In this document: positions 10,320 to 21,753 of the stretch, piece by piece
Position numbering within the stretch: the stretch's first letter is position 1
Layout of the letters: each line of letters opens with the position of its first letter
Assembly: GCA_022605425.2 (NCBI GenBank)
Contig: JAKIMF020000001.1
Location: 1,302,001 to 1,366,000, forward strand
Direction of reading: 5' to 3'
Source: Hamiltosporidium tvaerminnensis FI-OER-3-3
Lineage: Eukaryota > Fungi > Microsporidia
DNA: 64,000 nt
The notes under the pieces: model-generated
Told to the model about the DNA's origin: nothing
Database searches by the model: none
Seen by the model: only the letters and a program-made list of their open reading frames with translations
Translations under genes and position numbers: made by a program

Positions 10320-10821
10320 TTTTTAATTTTATTAAATTTTAGTTGTTGGGTTTTTGTATTTTTTCATATTTTATAAATGAAATAATCGAATTCAACTTAA
10401 ATTTTAAGAAAAATTTTTAGCAAAAAAAAATTTTGTATTTAACTGACTGATTGATAGGACTCATGTTAGATTTATATGGATAAGGAAACGATTTTCTCTT
10501 ATATTCTGTTAATTTCCTTATTATGACGGTATTTGATTTTTATGGCCTGTGGAATGCTATTTATATAATTTTATATTCGATTCATTATTTAAAGACAGTA
10601 TTTAGACAAATTCGGACAAGAGGAGGAGGCTTATATGGTTGTATCAAAACTATAATTTGAAGATACTGTTGGAAGATTGTGGTTTATAATTTCAAAATTT
10701 AATTTTTTTAATTAAATTAGTTAGAAAAGAAAATAATCAAATTTCAAGTTACTCAAATGTTTTATAATCTTAAATTACCTCTTTTTTAAATCAATATATT
10801 ACAATAATTTTTTTAACAAAT

Positions 10822-11097
10822 TTAGAAAAATATTAATTTAATTAAAAATATTAAAGATATAGCAATAAATAAAAGCAAAAAGAATAAAAAAGTGCCCATT
10901 TTTGTTTTTTTCATCAAATTATCAATTAAATTACCATTAAACTGTATTAAATCTTTTGTTTGTGATGTTTTCTTTTGTATTTCAATCAATCTCTCATTTT
11001 GTGAATCCAATTCAAATAAGATAGATTTGGATTCGGTATTTGCGAGTTCTGTAATTTCGATGCTTTCTTTAATGGTTTTTTCTCTTACAATATTCAT
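10822..11097 (-). CDS. Small tail-anchored SNARE protein (Qb/Qc type)
   Basis: 91 aa with a heptad coiled coil containing ELDSQNERL (central Q layer) and a C-terminal hydrophobic anchor. Confidence 0.75.
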   Translation of the reverse strand: MNIVREKTIKESIEITELANTESKSILFELDSQNERLIEIQKKTSQTKDLIQFNGNLIDNLMKKTKMGTFLFFLLLFIAISLIFLIKLIFF

Positions 11098-11207
11098 ATT
11101 TGAGATAAAAAAATCTTGAAATTATTATTTTTACTGAAACATGTTTTGTTTTGAAACAAAGTTGAAACAAAAAATTATATAAAAAAACAAAAAAAAATAT
11201 AAACAAA

Positions 11208-12362
11208 ATGGATACCGAAGGAATAGGAATATCTAATCTTCCGAATCAAATTTACAGAACAGTTTGTAAAAAAGGAGTAGATTATAATATAATGGTGGTT
11301 GGTGCTTCCGGATTAGGAAAAACTACTTTTGTTAACATGTTAATGGGTAAAAATATACTCGAGATGGAGCCTTTCTGTAGTATGGATGGCAAAAAGGATA
11401 TAGAAATATCTGCAAGGAAATCTTATCATTTAATGGATTCTTCTGGTGCTTGTAGCTTAACAGATTTTGATCAAGTTAAAAATAATTGGAATGACTATGA
11501 AAACAGCGGTTTATTATCTTTTCAAACTACAGAGATAACAATCGTAGAAAAAAAGTTTAAGGTTTGTATGACAGTGACAGAAGTGGATGAAATAGGAGAT
11601 TCTGTATGCAACATAGGTGTATGGGAACCTATTTTAAAATATATAGAGACCAAATTTAAGGATTATTACAAACAGGAAACCGAAAAGGTAAAATCAAAAA
11701 TTGAAGATCGTAGAATACATGCATGCATATATTTTATTGAACCATGTGGTTCCTTTATAAAGGAAGTAGATATCAAAACAATGAAAGGAATATCACAGTA
11801 CTGCAATTTGATACCTGTAATATCTCAAAGCGATCTTTTAACAGACACAGAAATGAGTATTTTATATGAAAATTTTAGAAATATACTTGAAAAACAAGAG
11901 ATTGGAATATTTGAAGGATTTCTAAACAACGAAAAAGATGTTTCAGAATATGTACTGCCTCCATTTTTTTTAGTGACAGCTCAAAACAAATATACATCAC
12001 ATGGTATTGTAAGAGAAAGAATATATCCGTGGGGAATAATTGATGTTGACACTATTTCGTTTAATGATTTCAACCGACTGAAAAGCATTTTGGTGAAAAA
12101 CAATCTTTTCGATTTAATTCAATCCACGGAACATTTTTATGAGAATTTTCGTGCTAAGGAATTCTCTTCATATTTTTTAGATGGCCCACTTATGTCTCAC
12201 GATGAAAAGAGAGTTTCTGTTGAGTTTTTGGATAAACTTAAAGCTGAAACAGAACAGATAGTTGTTTTAAGAAATAATTTGGCGGAAAAGCGCAAACCGT
12301 ATGAAAAAACAATTAAAGAATTGGAAAAGGAATTGGAAGAAATAGGTAAATTCAAAATATAA
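11208..12362 (+). CDS. Septin GTPase
   Basis: GIGISNLPNQIYR, P-loop GASGLGKTTFVNML, EDRRIHACIYFIEP, NLIPVISQSD, RERIYPWG and a C-terminal coiled coil. Confidence 0.95.
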   Translation: MDTEGIGISNLPNQIYRTVCKKGVDYNIMVVGASGLGKTTFVNMLMGKNILEMEPFCSMDGKKDIEISARKSYHLMDSSGACSLTDFDQVKNNWNDYENSGLLSFQTTEITIVEKKFKVCMTVTEVDEIGDSVCNIGVWEPILKYIETKFKDYYKQETEKVKSKIEDRRIHACIYFIEPCGSFIKEVDIKTMKGISQYCNLIPVISQSDLLTDTEMSILYENFRNILEKQEIGIFEGFLNNEKDVSEYVLPPFFLVTAQNKYTSHGIVRERIYPWGIIDVDTISFNDFNRLKSILVKNNLFDLIQSTEHFYENFRAKEFSSYFLDGPLMSHDEKRVSVEFLDKLKAETEQIVVLRNNLAEKRKPYEKTIKELEKELEEIGKFKI

Positions 12363-12905
12363 TAAAAATGTTTTAAAAAATGTTTTTTGAGGTTTTACAA
12401 AAATATTTCATGTAATTATTTTTTTTATTAAATTGGTTTGAAATTTCATATTTCTTCAATCAAATTTGTTCCCAATAAAAATTTTTTCTCTTTTGAAGCA
12501 ATATATTTTATTAAAAAGGTTCTATTTCTGTAATTAAACGTATGTATGCAACGAGGCACCTACCTAGATCCACTTTTTATATAGATAAGGAATATTTTAC
12601 AATCAAATAATTTTTTCTAATTCAACAGTAAGTTTATTTAATTTGTTATTAGATTTCTAATAATTTGTAACAAGATATTTTAAAGAATTGTATTTTATTT
12701 ATATTTCTAAATTTAAAGCTGTATTTGTATTTTGAAGCAATCTTCTGGAATAGGATACAGTATTTTCATTCAATTTTATCTTCATCAATAAAAAAAATCC
12801 GTATTTAATTTGTGCTTGCAATATATTTTTAAAGATAAGAAAAAAATCAAAAACCAATTAAAAAATTTCCATTTTTTAGATAAAAACAATGTTTTACTTC
12901 TAAAT

Positions 12906-13361
12906 ATGGATTTTACATCCGAGCTTATTCTTCAAATAGAAAGTATTTTAAAAGAAGGAAAGTCAGTTAAACCAAGAGATTTAACAAAGATAAAGGCAAT
13001 TACAGACAATCCAATATCTAAATTATTAATTAGTTTATATACCAAAGACGGTGAATTAAACTTTGCTGGTATGGTTTCTGAATTACAAAATTTTGTATCT
13101 AAAAGTCCTTTAGATAGCAAACTTTTCTTAATATTTAGAATATATGATACGGATAAAGATGGAAAAATATCTAAGAAAGATTTGACCACAATGTTAAAGA
13201 TATTGTCAAATGATAATATAGAAGAAAATAAAATTAACGATATTGTAGAAAAGACTTTTAAATTTGAAGTGAATGATTCTGAATTTATAGAATTTCAAGA
13301 GTTTTGTAAAATTATTAAATCAAGAAACAATAATTTACATTTATTTTTCAGATGCAATTAG
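12906..13361 (+). CDS. CNB1: Calcineurin B-like EF-hand regulatory subunit
   Basis: KLFLIFRIYDTDKDGKISKKDL...IVEKTF...IEFQEFCKII. The likely start is the in-frame ATG at 12906 (MDFTSEL) rather than the TTG at 12810. Confidence 0.8.
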   Translation: MDFTSELILQIESILKEGKSVKPRDLTKIKAITDNPISKLLISLYTKDGELNFAGMVSELQNFVSKSPLDSKLFLIFRIYDTDKDGKISKKDLTTMLKILSNDNIEENKINDIVEKTFKFEVNDSEFIEFQEFCKIIKSRNNNLHLFFRCN

Positions 13362-13776
13362 AGGTGTGTGTATTGTAATTTAAAAATGTTTTGGCTATTC
13401 GTATAAAAAATGGCAAGAAAAAGAAAAATATAAATGCTTGAGATGTTTATCTCAGTAGAATCGTTCTTTATTTGGAAAATATTACGTTTATATGAATTGC
13501 AAATAAAATAGATCACAAAGAGATGAAATTTTTTTGGAAACCTAATTTTTTTCTTTAAAAAATAAATTTTAAATTCGCTATAAAAAATTAAAATTTGATT
13601 TATAATTAGAAAATAGTATTTATAGCTATTATATCATTCAAATTCACTTTTGCATAGATTTAATATGAAAATAAAGATATGAATTTTTTTTTAAAAATTT
13701 TATAATTCTTATTTACTTTCATTTTTTGAATTTTAATCTATCAAATATACAAATAAATGAATAATATTTTAATTAA

Positions 13777-15432
13777 TTAAATAGTTTTTATTCCAAGTTC
13801 TTCAAAAAAATCAGAAATCATTCGTGTTATTTCTACTCGCAGGTGAAATTTTTTAGCTTTTGTCTTGAAACTTTTACTCTTTAAAATTAATGAACAACTT
13901 AATGCATTTATAGTTGTAGCACTTTCTGCGCTTGATTGAAATGAAAAGTTTTCAAAAAAATCATGGGTTCTTTCTTTTAGGTAATCATGCATTTTTACTT
14001 TGAAAAGCCTGAATGTCTCAAGATCTAATTCTGGTTTTAAGATAAAATTAAAAATCAATATTTTTTCAGGTGCCCTAGTCATATTTATTATGCTTTTTTT
14101 CCATAACTGACTATTCAGAAATTTAATTTCACCGCCATTCATTGCTAAAACAGATGTAGATGTTAGCCCAACTCGATATACCTTATAATCTACATTTTCT
14201 AGAATTATTTCATCTCCTATATCATATGGATGGCTTATTATAAACATTATATTGTAGTACATGTCTACCGCTAATCCACTTGCAACAAAATTAAGTAAAA
14301 GCGCACTGCTCAAAGCGAATGCAGCTAATTGACTTAAAGGTATACCAAATATAACAAGCCATGCTAAAATTAGAAAAATAGAAACAATAATGAAAAATAT
14401 GTCCCCGATTATGTCGACAAAGCCCTTAGCAATACCAAAACTTTTTTCTAGATTTACTCGATCCATATAAAATTGTATAATTGTATCTCTAAATTCTTTC
14501 TTATTAATATCACGGCTGTCATTCGAATCAAAGAATACAAAAGCTTGCAATGCGATTTGTGTGCTTGGAAACATCGAACTAAAATCGTTAAATGAAAGAT
14601 ACTCTCCGTTTGTACTCGCTTTCAAAAATACATCTCTTGCTAATGTTTTGGAATCATAAAGACTCTGTAATTCAGGTGATTTGAAAAATAAGCTACCTAC
14701 TTTTTTTGTATCTCTTCTTGCCAAATTTATGTGGCCATCATCTGATTCTGATACAGTGTTACCTCCTCTGTTCCAAAAAAACACATCTGCACATGTACAT
14801 GGCTGTGATTCTGTTGTCGAAACATCGGATAATTCATACCTATAATTTTTCATAGATGCTATAATTTTTTCGCGAATATCCACTTGTACTATCTTATCCG
14901 ACAATGATCGTTCCATAAAAGATTCACAGAAATATTCCATTATTAATGTAGCTATTGAAAATGTTACACCTGTTAACAATCCACACAACATGAAATTCTT
15001 TGTGATAGAATAATATTCTTTAAATTCGCTTTTTAGAAATCCCAGAAGATATAAATTAAGTAAAAACCATAAAGATAAAGACAACCATCTCGAAATTGAT
15101 TTGAACTTCTTTTCAGTTGGTTCTTCCGCTATATTTTTAATGACATAAGCAATTAAATGAATTATATTGGCTATAATACTTAATGAACCAAAAAATATTA
15201 CCGAAAACAGAACCAAAGAACTTATTTCAATATTTAGAATTTCAATATGTCTCCTGATAAACAAATATTTGAATATTCCAACAAGCAAAGCAAAAAGCGC
15301 ACTATAGTTAAACACTTTAATCATTAAATCAAAGAATTTACTTGTTAAATATGCCTTTTCTTCGCTTGGTACAAATTCTTCCACATCTATTTCCATAGTG
15401 TCTTCATACCAGTCAAAGTTCTCTTCCGTCAT
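13777..15432 (-). CDS. MscS-family mechanosensitive ion channel with EF-hand-like segment
   Basis: N-terminal TM helices, FDSNDSRDINKKEF (EF-hand-like) and the MscS core FIISHPYDIGDEI...YKVYRVGLTST...NSQLWKKSIINMTRA. Confidence 0.92.
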   Translation of the reverse strand: MTEENFDWYEDTMEIDVEEFVPSEEKAYLTSKFFDLMIKVFNYSALFALLVGIFKYLFIRRHIEILNIEISSLVLFSVIFFGSLSIIANIIHLIAYVIKNIAEEPTEKKFKSISRWLSLSLWFLLNLYLLGFLKSEFKEYYSITKNFMLCGLLTGVTFSIATLIMEYFCESFMERSLSDKIVQVDIREKIIASMKNYRYELSDVSTTESQPCTCADVFFWNRGGNTVSESDDGHINLARRDTKKVGSLFFKSPELQSLYDSKTLARDVFLKASTNGEYLSFNDFSSMFPSTQIALQAFVFFDSNDSRDINKKEFRDTIIQFYMDRVNLEKSFGIAKGFVDIIGDIFFIIVSIFLILAWLVIFGIPLSQLAAFALSSALLLNFVASGLAVDMYYNIMFIISHPYDIGDEIILENVDYKVYRVGLTSTSVLAMNGGEIKFLNSQLWKKSIINMTRAPEKILIFNFILKPELDLETFRLFKVKMHDYLKERTHDFFENFSFQSSAESATTINALSCSLILKSKSFKTKAKKFHLRVEITRMISDFFEELGIKTI

Positions 15433-15785
15433 TTTGTTTATTCCTGCTTCTAGATTTTATACACATACGAACCAATCATCGTTTTTATTTATAATACAAA
15501 GTCTTAAGATGATACATCGTTTAGAAATCAATTTTATATATAAAGCATATTGGTTAAAACAAAGTTTATAATCTTTAAAAATGTTTCAGAAACCATTTTT
15601 TTTTGGATTTTAATCATTATTTAAATCGTTAAATAATTATTACTTCAATTCATAATTTCTTTATTTAGAAAAAATTTTAACTTGAAAAATTAGCAAAATA
15701 AAAAACTTTTAAACACATCTGAAATTTTAAATAAAAACCATTAAATAAATTCTCATTAATTTTATAATAAAAAGAAAAACGAAAT

Positions 15786-16046
15786 TTAATTTTTAAATCT
15801 ATCAACTTCTTTTTTCTGAATATCTTTCTCTTTACAAATAATACTTACATTTAAAACACAATGTCCTCTAAATAAAACCAATCCCAAATATCTTCCTCTT
15901 TGATCATTAATATATTCTTCTGTGTCAGAAACTACATAATTATAATTCTTATCGGTTGATTTCAAAACTCCTTCATATTTTCTCCCATCGTTTATCGTTA
16001 AGTGTATTCTGTGATTTAAATAATCTAAAAGTAACGGTGCAGCCAT
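15786..16046 (-). CDS. Sm/LSm domain protein (most like SmB; Lsm8 possible)
   Basis: Sm1 motif LNHRIHLTINDGRKYEGVLKSTDKNYNYVVSDTEE and Sm2 motif YLGLVLFRG. Confidence 0.88.
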   Translation of the reverse strand: MAAPLLLDYLNHRIHLTINDGRKYEGVLKSTDKNYNYVVSDTEEYINDQRGRYLGLVLFRGHCVLNVSIICKEKDIQKKEVDRFKN

Positions 16047-17362
16047 TATAAACAGGGATGATTCTTTTTCTAATTTAAAAAAGATAGTAAATACTCATTC
16101 TTCCTTTTAATTTATGATTTTCTATATGAACATCTAATATAAACGGTATAATTTATTCATATACTATCTTGTTTTTAATCTATTTTATTTGAAACTACGA
16201 CTATCAATAAAAATCGATATATTTCAAAAATATAATTATAAAACTTGAAAGCGTGTGAATAACTGACCAATAAAATTTATTTAGAAGTTCAATTCAAGTA
16301 TATTTCAATATTGTAAAAGCGTAGAAATAACTGACTTTTAAATTTATTTATACATGTTTAATTCAAGTATATTTTCACTATTTGTAAAGTTTTATAAAAT
16401 ACTAGCGATCTAAATTTAATCATATTCATCACTATTCCTTATTGAATATCCCAACTATTAAACCTAAAACTATATCAGAATGATTCTTCATATAAAATAA
16501 TGTGTATACTACAATGATATTACATATAGGCTTATTATTAACCAATATAATACAATATTAATATTCTTCATAGTAAAGAGTAACACAATACGGATCTATA
16601 GAATAGTTTGAATCAGATAGTCTAATTATTTTATAAAAAACCTAAATTTAAGTATAAAAATCTCAATAATATTAGTTATAGCATTAAAAGTTTCAACTTT
16701 TAGAAATTAACTAAATTAAAAATATATTTTAAAGATATTCAAATTATTTTCCGACTTGTACTAGAAAAATATGTGATAGTTTAAATCAAACGGCTTAAAT
16801 ATGAAGCAACTAATAAACTGCTATATATTATTAAATGATGTTATATATTGACAGAATCAGAATACCATTTATACTGTATACATACGTTAAAAGATTTAAA
16901 TATCAAACAAATATTGATTCTTTAAATGAAATCTAAGAATTTTATAAATTTAAAATTGTTTTGTAAATTCATAAACTTTAACCAAAATGTTTTGAAGATT
17001 TAAGTCAGGTTTATTGTTTTGTATAAATTAGATTTGATAATAGACTATTTATAGATTTTAGAGACTATAAAGTTATAATCACATAATTTAAAATATTAAT
17101 GATTCAGAATATTAAATCTTGTTTTATAATATTCCATAATTTCATGGAACATAGTAGTTATAATCACATAATTTAAAATATTAATGATTCAAAATATTAA
17201 ATCTAGTTTTTCTAATATTTCTAAATTTACCAAATATAATAGCTAGAATTACGCTATCACCATAATAATGATTCAAAATATTATTTTTATATTATGGATT
17301 AATCTTATAACCTAGATAATGATTTTAATCGCGAAATTTAAAAATTAATTAAGGAAATACAT

Positions 17363-17638
17363 TTATTTTTTTGTAGAATTAGACGCATTAGAAGAATATT
17401 TTATCTTGGAATCAGAATCTGATCTTGATATTATTACACTAACATGGTTACATGTTATTCCACATCCATGGAATCCACAACCACTATCTTTGTTTTTATC
17501 TGAACCACTATTACTTTTTTCCATTTTCTTCATTCCAATATTTTCTATCTGACTTCCATTTCTATCGGAACAACTTATATTTACAAAAAAATACGAAAAT
17601 AGAAAACTAAAAAATATATTTAAACTTAGATAAAACAT
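17363..17638 (-). CDS. Small putative secreted Ser/Cys-rich protein
   Basis: 91 aa with a hydrophobic signal-peptide-like N-terminus ending ISCS and a CGFHGCGITCNH motif. A CCCC motif directly precedes the ATG on the minus strand. Confidence 0.6.
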   Translation of the reverse strand: MFYLSLNIFFSFLFSYFFVNISCSDRNGSQIENIGMKKMEKSNSGSDKNKDSGCGFHGCGITCNHVSVIISRSDSDSKIKYSSNASNSTKK

Positions 17639-18558
17639 GGGGTTATCGTTTTTATTTATTTTTTTGTGAAGTACAAATAAATAATTAATTATTATTTGTC
17701 TAAAAATGGAAAATTGTTTATTAAATCGAATTTTTTTTTACTATTTATATATAATTATAAATTTCTTCAAATTATTTGCACTGATTTTAGTTTCTTCAAA
17801 AATACTGGCTTTTTTTACTCCTAAATTATAAGCTGAAAGAATTTCAAAAAGTATATAACTTCAAGAAACTTTTATATTCTGATTGATTCCAAAAGATATC
17901 TGAATAGCTTTTAAAAGAATTATTAATACTTCTTAAATACATTTAAGCCTTTTTTGTGGCTTTTAATTTACATGAAATTGTCTAAAAATAATTAAAAATT
18001 AGAATTTTAAAAAGTTTATAAATTTTATATTTTGGTTTTACTACAGCCACTATGGTAGTCTAGACTGTAAATTTTCGTATTCTTTGGAAACTAAAAATAT
18101 TTTTAATTTTCAAATTAAAGAAGTAATAAACTATAAAGATTTTTTCGAGTAAATTTTATATACCATTGAGTAAAAAACAATACTACGAGAATTAAATATA
18201 TAGATTTACTGTTTTATTATCACATTTATTATCTTCACTAGACCTCTACAGACATCATATTTTTACTTTAAATTTTTATAATATATTAAGGATTTAAAAA
18301 ATATATGATATCTGATAAATATAATATTTATGGTTGACTGACTACATTTTTATAAATTTAATTATAAGTTATACTATATAAATTATACTATATAAGTTCG
18401 TAAGAACTGGTTATAGTGCAAAATATCAAGCCAATTATATATTTTAAGATGTATACAAGATACTTTCTCAATTTTTTCCGTAGCTAACTTATCTTGAGTA
18501 AATTACTTTAATATAATAAAATCTGTTTTTTTTTGATTTCGGTTATAAACAGTAAATT

Positions 18559-18652
18559 AGAGTCGGATTTGGAAGAAGAGAAAGAAGATTTAAAGAGGTA
18601 GAAGAAAACATGTAAAAAATGGCAAAAATATTTTAACCCAGAATTTTATTAA
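18559..18652 (+). repeat. Dispersed ~100-bp repeat, copy 1
   Basis: AGAGTCGGATTTGGAAGAAGAG...AAGAGGTAGAAGAAAACAT...TAACCCAGAATTTTATTAA, shared with 22453, 41895 and ~44975. Confidence 0.85.
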
Positions 18653-19083
18653 TTTAATTCATTACTTACTTATATGAGAAAATTAAAGATTTATTTTGTA
18701 ATATTTTAATTTCTAATTTAAAATTATATAATTTATGAATTCTCAATATTACTGTTATATGTACGAGACATCTATATTTAAGTAATTCTTTTTTAGTATT
18801 TTTATGTTTCACCAAAACAAACAATATAAGATATGTAACAGGTACTTGTTAAATATTTATACTTTTCAGCTATTTTTAAAATAAAACTAGTTTCTAATTG
18901 TTAATACGTTATATTTAAATTTATATAAATAGAATTTAAGATTTTATTTGTATAAATTAGAAGAAGTAAAACACATGATAAAGTTCATTATTATAATCTA
19001 TTATATGTTCATTTCACGTATTCTTCTTTATATTGAGTCCATAGATTATCTATTTAGATTCAATGTTAGAAATATATTCAGAC

Positions 19084-19330
19084 TTATTTATATTTTTCTA
19101 GTATAATTATTTAACAGATTTATAAATATATTCCTATTAGGTACTCATGTCTTAATCATATTTATTTATATTTTCTAGTATAATTATTTAACAGATTTAT
19201 AAATATATTCCTATTAGGTAGTCATGTCTTAATCTTATTTATTTATATTTTTCTAGTATAATTATTTAACAGATTTATAAATATATTCCTATTAGGTACT
19301 CATGTCTTAATCATATTTATTTATATTTTT
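19084..19330. repeat. Tandem repeat, ~77-78 bp x3
   Basis: CTAGTATAATTATTTAACAG recurs at 19098, 19175 and 19253. Confidence 0.9.
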
Positions 19331-19995
19331 TATCCGTAAATAGAAAACCATTTATGTTTTACATCTTCTCATCATAAATTATTTAAAATCAAATTTTTTT
19401 TTTAATTTCTTCTATAAATATTTATATGTTAACCGATGTATTATTAATTAAAAATTTTCTATTTACGGATAAAAAAAAATGTAAAAATTTTATATCAAAT
19501 TAAAAAATAAAAATCGAGTATTTGATTCCTAAATAAATATTTTACCTTTTTTTTATGAAAATAGAAAGTTTATAATTCTCTTAAAACAGATTTCTAAAAC
19601 ATAAATAAAATTATGCTACAATATCATCAAAAGTGTTGACAATACAAATGTATATTTATATTTCTTATATTATATGGACAAAGAAAATTTCAGAAAAAAG
19701 ATTACTAATTTGAATTTACGGCACAATTACAAGAGAAAGAAAACTTAAAAGCATTAATATGTAATTACCTAAGTATTAGATAACTGATTAATAATTTAAT
19801 ATTCAATATTGGATAACTGATGATTAATTTAATTAATTAAATTAAATAAAATTTCAGATAACTGATTATCACTAAAATAAAAATTGAATTAAATTAAATT
19901 TCAGATAACTGATTATCAATAGAATCAATTAAGAAAGTTTATTTTTAAAATCTTTAGTTGGTTTTTAAAATATTTTTTTAAAATTTATTTCTATT

Positions 19996-21210
19996 TTACT
20001 TATTGGCTTTATCAATAACCAATCTTCTTCCATATAAATGTGTGTTTGTTCCTAAATATTCAATTGCTTTTGTAACATCATTAGCATTCTTTAAAGTTAC
20101 AAATGCAAATCCTCTGGATGTTTTATCTCCTTTAACCGGCATTCTTACATCTACTACTGAGACAATTGAAGAAAATAATCTTTTTATTTCATTTTTATCT
20201 GCCTGAAAAGGTACATTTTTAACAATTAATTTATTAACTGAATTTTTCTGTTTTACTTCTACATTTTCCTCTAAAATTTTCTTTTTTTGAATACATATCG
20301 GTAGATAATCACAATATACAGCTTTATCTCCAAATCTTCTACAATTTAAACTTTTATAAGCTTTTCTTGCATTTTCTTCATCTTTAAAATATAGCAAAGC
20401 CATGGAACCGAATGGTGATACAGATACTCTACAATCAAAACTGTCAGATATACTTCCCATCACATCATAATTTTTTACGATTAAAACTTTTTTATCAAAT
20501 CTTTCTGTAAAACAAGATGGGTCAATATTATTTGCCACAAGAAAATCTTTTGTTTTTGCTATCAAATGTGATTCAAGCAATGAAATATTTGTCCCTAAAT
20601 CAGAATCTTTAAGATTTAATAAAACTTCTTTATCTTTAGATTTGTACTGATTTATTATAGATTTAAAATCAAAAAAGAAAGTATTAAATCTCTTTTCAAT
20701 ATTATTGTTATACATTCTTACTTTAATTAAAACTCCTAAAAACTCGCAATTATTTAATTTCAACGATTTTAACGCAGACACATGTGTGTCAAAAGTTACA
20801 ATCGCTGAAAAACTGTCATTTACTATATTAGTTATTCCTCCATACAATTTAAATAATTTATATATTTCATCTTTTATATCTAAAGATGTATTTGGTAAAT
20901 TAGTTACATACACACGACTATTTGTCATATCACTTCCTATATTTATACCGTCTGGTTCTCCATTTTTATATTTTTTATATTTTTCATTATCTATCTCTTC
21001 AACACTAATTTTACTGTTATTTATATAAGAGTTGTTCATTATATTTACTACGTTATTTGGTTTGGAATATCCAATAAAACAAAACCGTTTCGGTTTTTCT
21101 TTTTCATTTAAAGGTAATAAAAAAGAAGTAATTTCACCAAATTTTGAAAATGAAGATCGTATTTGTAATTCTGTTATTTTATTTGGAAGATTTTTTATAA
21201 TTATTCTCAT
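19996..21210 (-). CDS. MRD1: Multiple-RRM pre-rRNA processing protein (Mrd1/RBM19-like)
   Basis: N-terminal MRIIIKNLP...RFCFIGY and C-terminal KLIVKNVPFQA...SRGFAFV...THLYGRRLV, both Mrd1 signatures. Confidence 0.85.
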   Translation of the reverse strand: MRIIIKNLPNKITELQIRSSFSKFGEITSFLLPLNEKEKPKRFCFIGYSKPNNVVNIMNNSYINNSKISVEEIDNEKYKKYKNGEPDGINIGSDMTNSRVYVTNLPNTSLDIKDEIYKLFKLYGGITNIVNDSFSAIVTFDTHVSALKSLKLNNCEFLGVLIKVRMYNNNIEKRFNTFFFDFKSIINQYKSKDKEVLLNLKDSDLGTNISLLESHLIAKTKDFLVANNIDPSCFTERFDKKVLIVKNYDVMGSISDSFDCRVSVSPFGSMALLYFKDEENARKAYKSLNCRRFGDKAVYCDYLPICIQKKKILEENVEVKQKNSVNKLIVKNVPFQADKNEIKRLFSSIVSVVDVRMPVKGDKTSRGFAFVTLKNANDVTKAIEYLGTNTHLYGRRLVIDKANK

Positions 21211-21753
21211 AAATTAAATAGAAATGGGTGAAAGATTTTATTTAAATATTTTTTCATAAAATTTTTCATTTTTTTAGATATTTTTTTGAGACAAAGAAGA
21301 TATTTAAAAGAGAAGATTAGGAGAAAATATTTAACGATGGGTTGAAGAAGATATTTAAACATGGGTTGAAGAAGATATAACTGAGGGGATTATATTAAGA
21401 TATTTAAAGAGATGATTAGAAGAAAATATAACTGAGGGGATTAGATAAAGATATTTAATGAGAAAACAAGAAGTTATTTAAAAGAGATATTTAGAAGAAA
21501 AATCATAGAAAGATTCGAAGAAGATATTTAAAGAGAAGATAAGAAAAAAATATAATAGAGGTGATTAGAAGAAAATATAATAGAGGTGATTATAAGAAAA
21601 TTACTAAAAATCTAAAAATAATTTCACATCTAGAATTCTATTTTCCCTTATAAATAAAAATATTTTTATTTTTTCTATTCTCTTAACAATAAATATTTAC
21701 TAAAAAGATTGTATTTTCCGTTATTTAAAAAATAATAAAAAAAATCCCCAAAT

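Noticed and set aside
15450-15479. Possible 19-nt intron (GTATGT..TAG, minus strand) linking an upstream ATG to MscS
   Set aside because: Splicing does not put the upstream ATG in frame with the MscS ORF.
19084-19330. Regularly spaced repeats as a CRISPR-like array (also 51402 and 55076)
   Set aside because: Whole units are duplicated with no unique spacers; the context is eukaryotic and there are no cas genes.
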